Source: Nemertoderma westbladi (lineage: Eukaryota > Animalia > Xenacoelomorpha). Taken from it: 64,000 nt of DNA. The stretch is from positions 1-64,000 of the forward strand of contig JAUCBJ010006096.1 in the NCBI GenBank assembly GCA_032718475.1. Reading direction: 5' to 3'. Shown one piece after another: positions 1 to 13,053 of the stretch; the first letter of the stretch is position 1; each line of letters opens with the position of its first letter. The notes beneath the pieces were generated by a model. That model was not told where the DNA came from and did not search any database. It was given only the letters and a program-made list of their open reading frames with translations. Position numbers and translations under genes: made by a program.

Positions 1-1662
1 AAGGCTCATCTGGACTTGTGTGTGCGCGATCCCCTTTTAATGTAAAGAACAAAATATTTTAGTGGCAGAACTTACCATCAGACCAGCTCTTTAAAATTGA
101 CATCATTAAATTTAACTATAAATTTCGGGTGTAGACACTATGCCGCCAACCTACAACAACTGTCGACAAATTTGAATATGTAACCTGGGCCCAAGACTAT
201 CGTTTATTGTTTTGGTTAGAATAGACTTACACTGTAACTTGTTCGTTTCTGCTTGCGCTTTTAAGACTTCGATAATTTCCAACAATCAATTTTTATTATC
301 ACAGAAATCTTGCTTAATTTTGTCAAACGTGTTAACATCGGATATAAATCAGCTAGCGCAGCGTGTGACCCAAAGGGAGTCTGAAATATATCGGCGTACC
401 AAAAATGGGCCGTCTTGTATCATTCGATTGATTCTCGCTATGTAATACCCAACAACTATGTTTACGTACGGGATAGTATTAACAGTTAACAGTTTCAGAT
501 GTTGCGTTCTAGATAACAAACAGGTCTATCTATGTCTTACGGTAATTACAACAGATTGCTACAATCATAGTCTGCACACCTTTTATGGGCGTGGTAACCC
601 GACTGAGATACACTCTGGGGCATGACTTGCTGACTTGGGACAATTTTGTTCATGAATAAGGAGTTGATGGGCTCACAAACGTTGTGGCTATAAAATAACA
701 TGTATACTCACTCATGCACACCAATTGATGTGAACCAGAACCGTTAATTTACCAACCAAAGCTTATACCTCGTTTTATTTAAATAACGATATGTTAAGAT
801 TCAAGAGTTATTGATTACGCGACATCTCCATATATTATCACCAATATTTACATAAATTGAATCATCAAGCATTACATATCAACAACAATAATCAGTATTT
901 AGTTATTTACAGTCAGTATGTGCAATTTAGTATTTCATTACTTTGAGTGTAATTTATTGCTTTGTTAATTGACCATGATTCTTCCGCATTTTAAGCCTGG
1001 ATCTTAACGGCAAAATACGTCCTTCTGCTATGAGCAAAAGCAGAACAATGAACTTCCGGCATACAAAATCATGTCATCATCCAATGAAAAGCTAACATGC
1101 GTCATTGTTTACCTTTTGAGCCAGGGCCAGCTGTATTAGGACAAAGAAAAAAGTTTCCATTGGCAGTTCAAAAATAGTGTAGGCCTATAGGGCTACTGGA
1201 ACCGAACACGGGGCATGTGGGTTTTAAGCGAAACTTATTAAGAGACTTACTCAGTTCTATTTGTTTGGAGTAGACTAAGGTTATCGCTAATAAAATAGGC
1301 ATTTTAGTCGCAGAAGCTTTAACAGTTTCCCCATAATTAACATTAATTAGTGTTAATGATGGCTACCGGCTTTGGTTGTCGATTGAAGGCCATTAATTTC
1401 CAGGTGCGAAGTCACCACAAATGGGGGCAGTTCACGTTTAATTTTGAAGTTTGAAAGTGAGAAAATTATAAAATGTAAATATAGCTATTCTTTTATTTCA
1501 TAAAATACAGTAATTACATACTGACATATTTTTCATGTCCGTTAAATCATTGATTATGTCAGTTTTTGATATTCATCGGTTTATTATTTTTTTGTCCAAT
1601 TTTTCTTCGAAGATTTAGGTTATATTTACTGCAGTTTTCTTAGACCATCAGTAGGCCTACCC

Positions 1663-3670
1663 GTATCAGTATCAGTACTGTGCTGCGTTATAGATCAGTA
1701 TAATCAATACCTGTATGAGTACTGTGCTGCGGTATAGATCAGTATAATCAGTCAGTACCTGTATCAGTATTGTGCTGCGGTATAGATCAGTATAATCAGT
1801 ACATGTATCAGTAGGCCTACTGTGCTGCGGTATAGATCAGTATAATCAGTCTGTCAGTACCTGTATCAGTACTGTGCTGCGGTATAGATCAGTATAATCA
1901 GTACCTGTATGAGTACTGTGCTGCGGTATAGATCAGTATAATCAGTACCTGTATCAGTACTGTGCTGCGTTATAGATCAGTATAATCAGCACCTGTATCA
2001 GTACTGTGTATAGATCAGTATAATCAGTACCTGTATCAGTACAGTGCTGCGTTATAGATCAGTATAATCAGTACCTGTATCAGTACTGTGCTGCGGTATA
2101 GATCAGTATAATCAGTACCTGTATTAGTACTGTGCTGCGCCTGCGGTATAGATCAGTATAATCAGTACCTGTATCAGTACTGTGCTGCGGTATAGATCAG
2201 TATAATCAGTACCTGTATCAGTACTGTGCTGCGGTATAGATCAGTATAATCAGTTCCTGTATCAGTACTGTGCTGCGGTATTTATCAGTATAATCAGCAC
2301 CAGTATCAGTACTGTGCTGCGTTATAGATCAGTATAATCAGCACCTGTATCAGTACTGTGTATAGATCAGTATAATCAGTACCTGTATCAGTACAGTGCT
2401 GCGTTATAGATCAGTATAATCAGTACCTGTATCAGTACTGTGCTGCGGTATAGATCAGTATAATCAGTACCTGTATTAGTACTGTGCTGCGGTATAGATC
2501 AGTATAATCAGTTCCTGTATCAGTACTGTGCTGCGGTATTTATCAGTATAATCAGCACCAGTATCAGTACTGTGCTGCGGTATAGATCAGTATAATCAGT
2601 ACCTGTATCAGTACTGTGCTGCGGTATAGATCAGTATAATAAGTACCTGTGTCAGTACTGTGCTGCGTTATAGATCAGTACAATCAGTACTGTGTCAGTA
2701 CTGTGCTGCGGTTGCGGTATAGATCAGTATAATCAGTACCTGTATCAGTACTGTGCTGCGGTATAGATCAGTATAATCAGTACCTGTATCAGAACTGTGC
2801 TGCGGTATAGATCAGTATAATCAGTACCTGAATCAGTACTGTGTTGCGTTTTAGATCAGTATAATCAGTACCTGTATCAGTACTGTGCTGCGGTATAGAT
2901 CAGTAGAATCAGTACCTGTATCAGTACTGTGCTGCGGTATAGATCAGTATAATCCGTACCTGTATCAGTACTGTGCTGCGGTATAGATCAGTATAATCAG
3001 TACCTGTATCAGCACTGTGCTGCGGCATAGATCAGTATAATCCTTACCTGTATCAGTACTGTGCTGCGGTATAGATTAGTATAATCAGTACCTGTATCAG
3101 TACTGTGCTGCGGTATAGATCAGTATAATCAGTACTGTGCTGCGGTATAGATCAGTATAATCAGTACCTGTATCAGTACTGTGCTGCGGTATATATCAGT
3201 ATAATCAGTACCTGTATCAGTACTGTGCTGCGGTATAGATCAGTATAATCAGTACATGTATCAGAACTGTGCTGCGGTATAGATCTGTATAATCAGTACC
3301 TGAATCATTACTGTGCTGCGGTATAGATCAGTATAATCAGTACCTGTATCAGAACTGTGCTGCGGTATAGATCAGTATAATCAGTACCTGTATCAGAACT
3401 GTGCTGCGGTATAGATCAGTATAATCAGTACCTGTATCAGTACTGTGCTGCGGTATAGATCAGTATAATCAGTACCTGTATCAGTACTGCACTGAGGTAT
3501 TTATCAGTATATTCAGTACCTGTATCAGTACTGTGCTGCGGTATAGATCAGTATAATCAGTACCTGTATCAGTACTGGGCTGTGGTATAGATCAGTATAA
3601 TCAGTACTTGTATCATCAGTCAGTCAGTCAGTCTGTAATGCACTGAGATATTTATCAGTATAATCAGTAC
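1663..3670. repeat. 44-bp tandem satellite (~45 units), consensus CAGTACCTGTATCAGTACTGTGCTGCGGTATAGATCAGTATAAT
   Basis: Directly visible tandem units built from ATCAGTA sub-repeats; the array resumes at 5194-5270 after a transposon insertion. Confidence 0.95.
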
Positions 3671-3672
3671 TA

Positions 3673-5193
3673 TAGGGCTCGATCGGAGCTCCGGCTCCGG
3701 CTATTTTGGCACCTCCGGCTCCTGCTCCGGCTCCGGTAAAAATATTGCCGGAGTTAATTTTTTAATAAAAGTACCGGCTGACCGGTATTATAATTCGTGC
3801 ATATACTACTCTGGCGAATTATTTACACTCCAAACATCTGAACATACAGCCAGACAGCATACAGGCATACTATATTCTATATTGTCATACTGTAGTAGCC
3901 TACATCTTAAAAGCATCAAGCATACTACTGCAGTATTCACTTACAGTCACAGACTGACTCTGTGCAGCTAAGTCATACAATAGCAGTCTGACAACTGCAA
4001 CAGCACTACAGGCAAACGGGACGATCTCCTCTGCTGGTACAGGCTGCATGGCAGTGTGAACTTCAAAATGTTTCAGTTTAGCTGCACTGGTACTGGCGGA
4101 CTGGTACAGGTACTGTAAAAAATTGTAGGCCTAAATGATAAGATTGTAGTCATAGTCAGCATTGTACACCCCTGCAAACATGGTACGTTAAATTTACGTT
4201 AATATAGGTGTGGATTAAGTTGGAAAATCACATGAATAAATAACATATTGTTCAACGTTTGATTAACATTCCACTATGCTAGAAAAATTACATGTTTAAA
4301 ATAAACCAATCATAGTCGTTAATTCAGCGTAAAATTCGAACGTTAATTTTCATTGATCTCTAAATGTGTGATGACGTTCGATAGCAACGTTAATTCCGAG
4401 TTTAATTATAAACGTTAATAACGTTCACCTTGTAGTTCTACAATGTGCCAGCCAGACACCATGATACATTCCCATGTGGATGGATATTACAGTAGACACA
4501 CTGCCCAACAACACAATACCTGCCTATGATGGTGTTATAATATATTGCTTCTGATTGGTTACTTACAATATATTTGTCAGTATTATTCTGACTCACACTG
4601 CTATCTCATTGTGTATTATTATATTATAGGATTTGAGTAAAGTTGCATATATTACAGTATAATGTTTACTGTATTCACACTATTATTATATTATTCACAT
4701 TATTAGTAAATGCATCTACTTACCTAAAGAACATATATGCATGCAATACAAGTAGGTACTGAACTGTGATGGATATTATTGCATTTAACAGTTTTATTGT
4801 TTTTTTTATTTCCTTAAATTCGCCCATGTGAAGAATACCAGGATTTCACTTTTCGGTCTGTACCGGTAACTTCTGCACTTATTGCAGTTAGGTACTGTAG
4901 GTAATTGTTAGCTGTCTGTCCGTGTCCATCCATAAATAATAAATTAATTACTTCATTTTAAATTAAAAGTTCGTAAATCTGTAAATTATGAAATTAAATT
5001 GGGCCTACGAGTAGACGAGCGATTGGAGAATGATAACCAGATAACGGTAGCCTACTTTATTTTTTTAAATACGGTAGGCCTAAATAATTTTTTTTGAAAT
5101 TTATGAAAAACTCCGGCTCTGGCTCCGGCTCCGGCTCCGGCCAAATTGTCCAGACTCCGGCTCCGGCCAAATCCCAACTCCGATCGAGCCCTA
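3673..5193. mobile_element. Non-autonomous hAT-like DNA transposon inserted in the 44-bp satellite
   Basis: 16-bp TIRs TAGGGCTCGATCGGAG (3673) / CTCCGATCGAGCCCTA (ends 5193); (CTCCGG)n subterminal repeats at both ends; ATCAGTAC at 3663-3670 and 5194-5201 (probable 8-bp TSD, with an extra TA on the left). Confidence 0.8.
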
Positions 5194-5270
5194 ATCAGTA
5201 CCTGTATCAGTACTGTACTTCGGTATAGATTAGTATAATCAGTACCTGTATCGGAACTGTGCTGCGGTAT
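5194..5270. repeat. Continuation of the 44-bp satellite, abutting ZnF copy 1
   Basis: About 1.7 degenerate units ending GCTGCGGTAT, running directly into the sequence shared with 12991 onward. Confidence 0.85.
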
Positions 5271-5330
5271 TTCATTAGCCTATTTTCGCCATTGATCGAT
5301 CCTATTGAAACCTGATACCCAATTTCCATT

Positions 5331-7083
5331 ATGGAATCACAAAAAGATTCATTGACTAGAAATTGTATAAAAATCGAAGAATCCAACAACTATATACCCT
5401 TACCTATTATCACATCAATATTTACCTGTGGAGATATCGATTCTCACAAAAAACAAAATAAATCAGTTAAACCGGAGCCAATTACTACTGCGGCATTAAA
5501 ATATGCGGAGAACGATGTTAGATCTTACAAACAGACAACGCATTTATTTGTTGATGATGGAACCGTTACGTCAAGGTTTGATGTGGGTCCGCGTTATAAT
5601 AACAATGAGTTGGGAGACAGTAAGGTTCAATTGAATATTTCTGTGGGTGGAAATATTTCGACTAGATCGGAAGAGACCATTGATAGATTATGCTTCGGAC
5701 CTGAAACGACAGAAATATCACAGAATACTTTCGATGCTAGTGAAACAAATTCTTCTTCTATTGTCGCTCCACAAACAATGTTGTTCGGATCTGTATTGGA
5801 GACAGAAAAGTTTGAATTTATGGGGTCTAGTGATGCTGTAACTGATTTTTCTACTGGGATGGATCCAGTTTGTAACGATGATGGTACATCTGCTGTTCGC
5901 AAACTGAATTCTACCAATAACATTGAGACAACTGAGGCGAATACTGAGATATCTGGAAGTATGCCGGATTCTCCAACTGATGTCGAGATATTTCCAGAAT
6001 TTGTACCTGAGTGTACCAATGATATCGAGATATCTTCTGAAAATGTAACAGTTTGTACCAATATTAATGATCCTTCCACTAATGTGTATGGTATACCATT
6101 AGCTCCACCGACGGATGTAACTATATCACCCCTCAGATTTAAATGTTGGTTCGATAAATGCCAGAAGATATACCAAGGTAAAACTCAGTTGTCCAGACAT
6201 ATAAGAACCACACCATAGGACTAAATGCCGCCACTGTGGCGAACAGTTTTCATGTAAAATCAATCTAAGAAAAACTGAAATCAAAAACCATATTTGTGTT
6301 GCTAAAAATGACATCCTGAAGTTTCAATGTTCTCTTTGTGATAAAACTTTTAATTCTTTGTTGCGCCAACGACGTCACGAAATCATAGATCATAAAAAGA
6401 TTGGATATCAGTGTCCAAAATGCGGAAAATCGTACAAAACAATTGATCAAAGGCGATATCATATCAGAGTTACGCATGGTCAGGGGAAATATTTCTGTCC
6501 CCATTGTGATAAAACCTATAAATCAAAGATGGCCTTAGCAGACCATATAAAGGGGTTTCATGAGAATAACAAATACCAGTGTAAATCTTGTAATACGTTT
6601 TATACGGGTAGATATGGTTTGGAGGCCCACATTGATAAAGTACATCATAATCAGCGCTATCATTGTTCAAAGTGTGAAGCACATTTCTCATCCGTTGCAG
6701 CCCTAACTACACATGTAGATAGTGTTCACGGGAATAAACGTTTTGATTGTGCTGAATGTGACAAGTCATACGCCTTCCAAAGTGGTCTTTCCTATCACAT
6801 CCGAAGTGTCCATAAATCCGAGAAGTACATTTGCCCCGATTGTTCCAAGTCGTATGCGTTCCTTCCCGCTTTGGACCACCATATGAAGACTATTCATTCA
6901 TCTACACGATACAAATGCAACGAGTGCGAGGAACTATTTGTTGGGAAGAAGGGCCTTACTGATCATATAAACAAGAAACACAAGTTAAATAGATTTCACT
7001 GTCCTCAGTGTAGGAGATCCTATGTTACTAAAAGTAGTTTAGATAGTCACCTCAGGAACTTTGTTCATCGCAAAACTTTGTAA
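5331..7083 (+). pseudogene. Intronless C2H2 zinc-finger array gene, copy 1 (acidic Ser/Thr-rich N-terminus plus 11 fingers), split by a +1 frameshift at ~6210
   Basis: ORF 5331-6218 ends in CWFDKC...HIRT; the +1 frame from 6211 reads HHRTKCRHC...CSLCDK... without a stop into ORF 6358-7083 with CX2C-X12-HX4H fingers. Removing one A at 6210 restores finger 1. Confidence 0.85.
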
Positions 7084-7103
7084 GTTATTGACTTTTGATG
7101 TAC

Positions 7104-10100
7104 CGGTATGTATATTACACTAATAACTACATTAATACGACGGCATGTCTATTACACTACTAACTACATTAATACGCCAGTATGTCTATTACACTAATAA
7201 CTACATTAATACGACGGCATGTCTATTACACTACTAACTACATTAATACGCCAGTATGTCTATTACACTAATAACTACATTAATACGACGGCATGTCTAT
7301 TACACTACTAACTACATTAATACGCCAGTATGTCTATTACACTAATAACTACATTAATACGACGGTATGTCTATTACACTACTAACTACATTAATACGCC
7401 AGTATGTCTATTACACTACTAACTACATTAATACGCCAGTATGTCTATTACACTACTAACTACATTAATACGCCAGTATGTCTATTACACTACTAACTAC
7501 ATTAATACGACGGTATGTCTATTACACTACTAACTACATTAATACGACGGTATGTCTATTACACTACTAACTACATTAATACGACGGTATGTCTATTACA
7601 CTACTAACTACATTAATACGACGGTATGTCTATTACACTACTAACTACATTAATACGACGGTATGTCTATTACACTACTAACTACATTAATACGACGGTA
7701 TGTCTATTACACTACTAACTACATTAATACGACGGTATGTCTATTACACTACTAACTACATTAATACGACGGTATGTCTATTACACTACTAACTACATTA
7801 ATACGACGGTATGTCTATTACACTACTAACTACATTAATACGACGGTATGTCTATTACACTACTAACTACATTAATACGACGGTATGTCTATTACACTAC
7901 TAACTACATTAATACGACGGTATGTCTATTACACTACTAACTACATTAATACGACGGTATGTCTATTACACTACTAACTACATTAATACGACGGTATGTC
8001 TATTACACTACTAACTACATTAATACGACGGTATGTCTATTACACTACTAACTACATTAATACGACGGTATGTCTATTACACTACTAACTACATTAATAC
8101 GACGGTATGTCTATTACACTACTAACTACATTAATACGACGGTATGTCTATTACACTACTAACTACATTAATACGACGGTATGTCTATTACACTACTAAC
8201 TACATTAATACGACGGTATGTCTATTACACTACTAACTACATTAATACGACGGTATGTCTATTACACTACTAACTACATTAATACGACGGTATGTCTATT
8301 ACACTACTAACTACATTAATACGACGGTATGTCTATTACACTACTAACTACATTAATACGACGGTATGTCTATTACACTACTAACTACATTAATACGACG
8401 GTATGTCTATTACACTACTAACTACATTAATACGACGGTATGTCTATTACACTACTAACTACATTAATACGACGGTATGTCTATTACACTACTAACTACA
8501 TTAATACGACGGTATGTCTATTACACTACTAACTACATTAATACGACGGTATGTCTATTACACTACTAACTACATTAATACGACGGTATGTCTATTACAC
8601 TACTAACTACATTAATACGACGGTATGTCTATTACACTACTAACTACATTAATACGACGGTATGTCTATTACACTACTAACTACATTAATACGACGGTAT
8701 GTCTATTACACTACTAACTACATTAATACGACGGTATGTCTATTACACTACTAACTACATTAATACGACGGTATGTCTATTACACTACTAACTACATTAA
8801 TACGACGGTATGTCTATTACACTACTAACTACATTAATACGACGGTATGTCTATTACACTACTAACTACATTAATACGACGGTATGTCTATTACACTACT
8901 AACTACATTAATACGACGGTATGTCTATTACACTACTAACTACATTAATACGACGGTATGTCTATTACACTACTAACTACATTAATACGACGGTATGTCT
9001 ATTACACTACTAACTACATTAATACGACGGTATGTCTATTACACTACTAACTACATTAATACGACGGTATGTCTATTACACTACTAACTACATTAATACG
9101 ACGGTATGTCTATTACACTACTAACTACATTAATACGACGGTATGTCTATTACACTACTAACTACATTAATACGACGGTATGTCTATTACACTACTAACT
9201 ACATTAATACGACGGTATGTCTATTACACTACTAACTACATTAATACGACGGTATGTCTATTACACTACTAACTACATTAATACGACGGTATGTCTATTA
9301 CACTACTAACTACATTAATACGACGGTATGTCTATTACACTACTAACTACATTAATACGACGGTATGTCTATTACACTACTAACTACATTAATACGACGG
9401 TATGTCTATTACACTACTAACTACATTAATACGACGGTATGTCTATTACACTACTAACTACATTAATACGACGGTATGTCTATTACACTACTAACTACAT
9501 TAATACGACGGTATGTCTATTACACTACTAACTACATTAATACGACGGTATGTCTATTACACTACTAACTACATTAATACGACGGTATGTCTATTACACT
9601 ACTAACTACATTAATACGACGGTATGTCTATTACACTACTAACTACATTAATACGACGGTATGTCTATTACACTACTAACTACATTAATACGACGGTATG
9701 TCTATTACACTACTAACTACATTAATACGACGGTATGTCTATTACACTACTAACTACATTAATACGACGGTATGTCTATTACACTACTAACTACATTAAT
9801 ACGACGGTATGTCTATTACACTACTAACTACATTAATACGACGGTATGTCTATTACACTACTAACTACATTAATACGACGGTATGTCTATTACACTACTA
9901 ACTACATTAATACGACGGTATGTCTATTACACTACTAACTACATTAATACGACGGTATGTCTATTACACTACTAACTACATTAATACGACGGTATGTCTA
10001 TTACACTACTAACTACATTAATACGACGGTATGTCTATTACACTACTAACTACATTAATACGACGGTATGTCTATTACACTACTAACTACATTAATACGA

Positions 10101-10655
10101 CGGTATGTCTATTACACTACTAACTACATTAATACGACGGTATGTCTATTACACTACTAACTACATTAATACGACGGTATGTCTATTACACTACTAACTA
10201 CATTAATACGACGGTATGTCTATTACACTACTAACTACATTAATACGACGGTATGTCTATTACACTACTAACTACATTAATACGACGGTATGTCTATTAC
10301 ACTACTAACTACATTAATACGACGGTATGTCTATTACACTACTAACTACATTAATACGACGGTATGTCTATTACACTACTAACTACATTAATACGACGGT
10401 ATGTCTATTACACTACTAACTACATTAATACGACGGTATGTCTATTACACTACTAACTACATTAATACGACGGTATGTCTATTACACTACTAACTACATT
10501 AATACGACGGTATGTCTATTACACTACTAACTACATTAATACGACGGTATGTCTATTACACTACTAACTACATTAATACGACGGTATGTCTATTACACTA
10601 CTAACTACATTAATACGCCAGTATGTCTATTACACTACTAACTACATTAATACGA
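7104..10655 (+). repeat. 37-bp tandem satellite, ~96 units, consensus GTATGTCTATTACACTACTAACTACATTAATACGACG
   Basis: Essentially identical core units; variant units (GCATGT, TAATAAC, ...CGCCAG) at the 5' edge and in the penultimate unit. Confidence 0.97.
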
Positions 10656-11099
10656 TGGAGTACCGGGTGCTATCGATGGTTGTGTTGTTGTACTGTATGT
10701 AATTTGCCCGGGATTGTAAGTAGTCAACCGGTGTATCAGGAATATTTGCCCCCCCCGCCCCCCGTATAATCTTTCCTCATGCCCATGGGCTGGGTATAAT
10801 CTCCAATAATGTCACCCAAGTCTCATTCCCCTAGAATATTTCGTCCCCCCTGGACATAATATCATAAGTATAATTTTCCTCCCCGCAGCATAAATGTCCT
10901 CCCCATTCAGAGGGAAACTAGCTGAATGAAATAGGCCCTACAGTCGTACTGCTAATTTTTAAGAACCATACTGTGCTGCTTATTTACGCAATTTTAAACG
11001 AATTTGAGTAGGTTTTTAGTGTTTTGACCTTAAGAAATTCAAACCTAATGTTAGGATAGGCCTTCTGGCTTTCATAGAAGATCAAGAAATCGTATCTCC

Positions 11100-12352
11100 C
11101 AGTGCCGGCGTTAGGGTCTGCGCCCCCCCCCCCCCCCCCCCCGAAATAAACAAAATAGGGCCTCTAAACAAACAAAATTGGTCCCGAGGAAGAAGAAAAA
11201 AGGAGCTCCTGCATGCCCCCCCCCCCCCCCCCAGTGTGTGAGGATGGGGGATGGGAGGGGGGGGGGGGGGGGGGTGTACAAGGCTGAGATAACTCCCTCT
11301 TGAAATAACACCCCAGTTATCTCAGCCTAGGCTGAGAACACTCCTCAGTCGTCTCAGCCTAGGCCGATAACACTCCCCAGTTATCTCAGCCTAGGCTGAG
11401 AACACTCACCTTAGGCTGAGATGACTCCCCAAATTTGAAATTGCGAAAAACCCTACAAATAATTATATCTTTAAGTTAAATCCAGATGCTGCCTTTTTCA
11501 ATGTTAAATAATTATATTAAATACTGTAGTTAGAAAAGCCCGTTTTTTGTTACGTGCTATTTTTTCGCATTTTGTATTGTAACTGTTTATTGATTTGATT
11601 AGAATAGCCTGCCTCTGTTACCTGCTCCTTTCCCTCAATTGGTATGTTACCTGCTCTTTTTTCTCATTTTGTATTGTAACTGCTTATTGTTTTGGTTAGA
11701 AAAACTCGCCTCTGTAACCTGCCCCTTTCCCTCAATTGGTAATTTTATCGTTTGTTGTTTTGGTTAGAAAAGACCGTCTATGTAACCTGCCCCTTTCCTT
11801 CAATTGGTAATTTTATCGTTTATTGTTTTGGTTAGAAAAGACCGTCTATGTAACGTTTCTGTAACGTTGTTTATGTAACGTTGTTTCTATGTCGTGGGAT
11901 ATCTGGATTTAATCGCGTACAAAGCGAATAGTACTATAACACTGCCTTTCATCGAATTATGTTCAACCCAAGCTCAAAATTAAACTAATACAATACCCAA
12001 ATAAACGTTCTCAAATAGACAGGCCATGCCCATGCAGTTTGGAGGGGGTGGGGGGGGGGGGGAATCGAGCCCCATACCCCCCCCCCCCCCCCCCCCTAGA
12101 CGCGCCCCTGAGTATACCTAACTCACCCAGCCCCTTTGGTCTGGCTCTGTTGCCATGGCTCATATTGAAGTATTGGCTATGTGGGGCCCTGGTGTGCTCG
12201 GGGCCCCGGCGTGCTCTGGACACCGGCGTGCTCGGGGCCCCGGCGTGCTCTGGACCCCGGCGTGCTCGGGGCCCCTGCGTGCTCGGGGCCCCTGCGCTCG
12301 CCCCCCCCCCCCCCCCGATCGGGGGGTTCGGGGGGCCCTAACGCCGCCACTG
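11100..12352. mobile_element. Non-autonomous hAT-like element
   Basis: TIRs CAGTGCCGGCGTTAGGG / CCCTAACGCCGCCACTG; 8-bp TSD GTATCTCC / GCATCTCC (1 mismatch); GC-rich subterminal repeats 12185-12300; internal AGGCTGAGA and TGTAACCTGCCCC repeats. Confidence 0.85.
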
Positions 12353-13053
12353 GCATCTCCATTGATTTATGCCAAAAATTGAATAGATCAAATTTTGCAA
12401 AACTCATGTATTTAAATTTTATGATTATTAAAAATTTTTGTCGTTATTTCGGGTATAACATAGATATATTAAAAATTTGAAAAGCGAAGCGAAACATGCA
12501 GAATAGTGTATACTATAATATAATTTATATTCGCTTGATCGCATTGCATTGCATTAACAACGTAACCAAAATATGTTAAAATGAAGTTTTCTCATGTTGT
12601 TAGTAGGAAGTGCGATATCTCATCATGTGGTAAGGCACCGCGGGACTTAGTATCCGTTCTACTTATACTTTCACTTTTCATGACGCACTTCATTTCTTGT
12701 CCTTCATAACAATAAGTTTCGAATACAATTACGAATAAAATGGCTTAATTGTGGCGTTTTACTATATTAAAATAGTTTTTAAAATTTATTTTGTCGTGAT
12801 CATGTTTTACAATGTACAATCTTGTGTAAAAATACAATTAAAATAAAATAAGCAAATTCGATGATCGCAGAACATTAATTACTGTAGTAATCGACTATAC
12901 TGGTATTCCATGTTAACTTTACATTAAGTTGTTATATTAAGTATTAATATTGTCTGGTTGTGTCAAGGAAGGTGTTTGGCCAAGCGGATTTATTTCATTA
13001 GCCTATTTTCGCCATTGATCGATCCTATTGAAACCTGATACCCAATTTCCATT

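Noticed and set aside
11111-12480. Gly/Pro-rich ORFs
   Set aside because: Translations of poly-C/G runs and GC-rich subterminal repeats of the hAT element.
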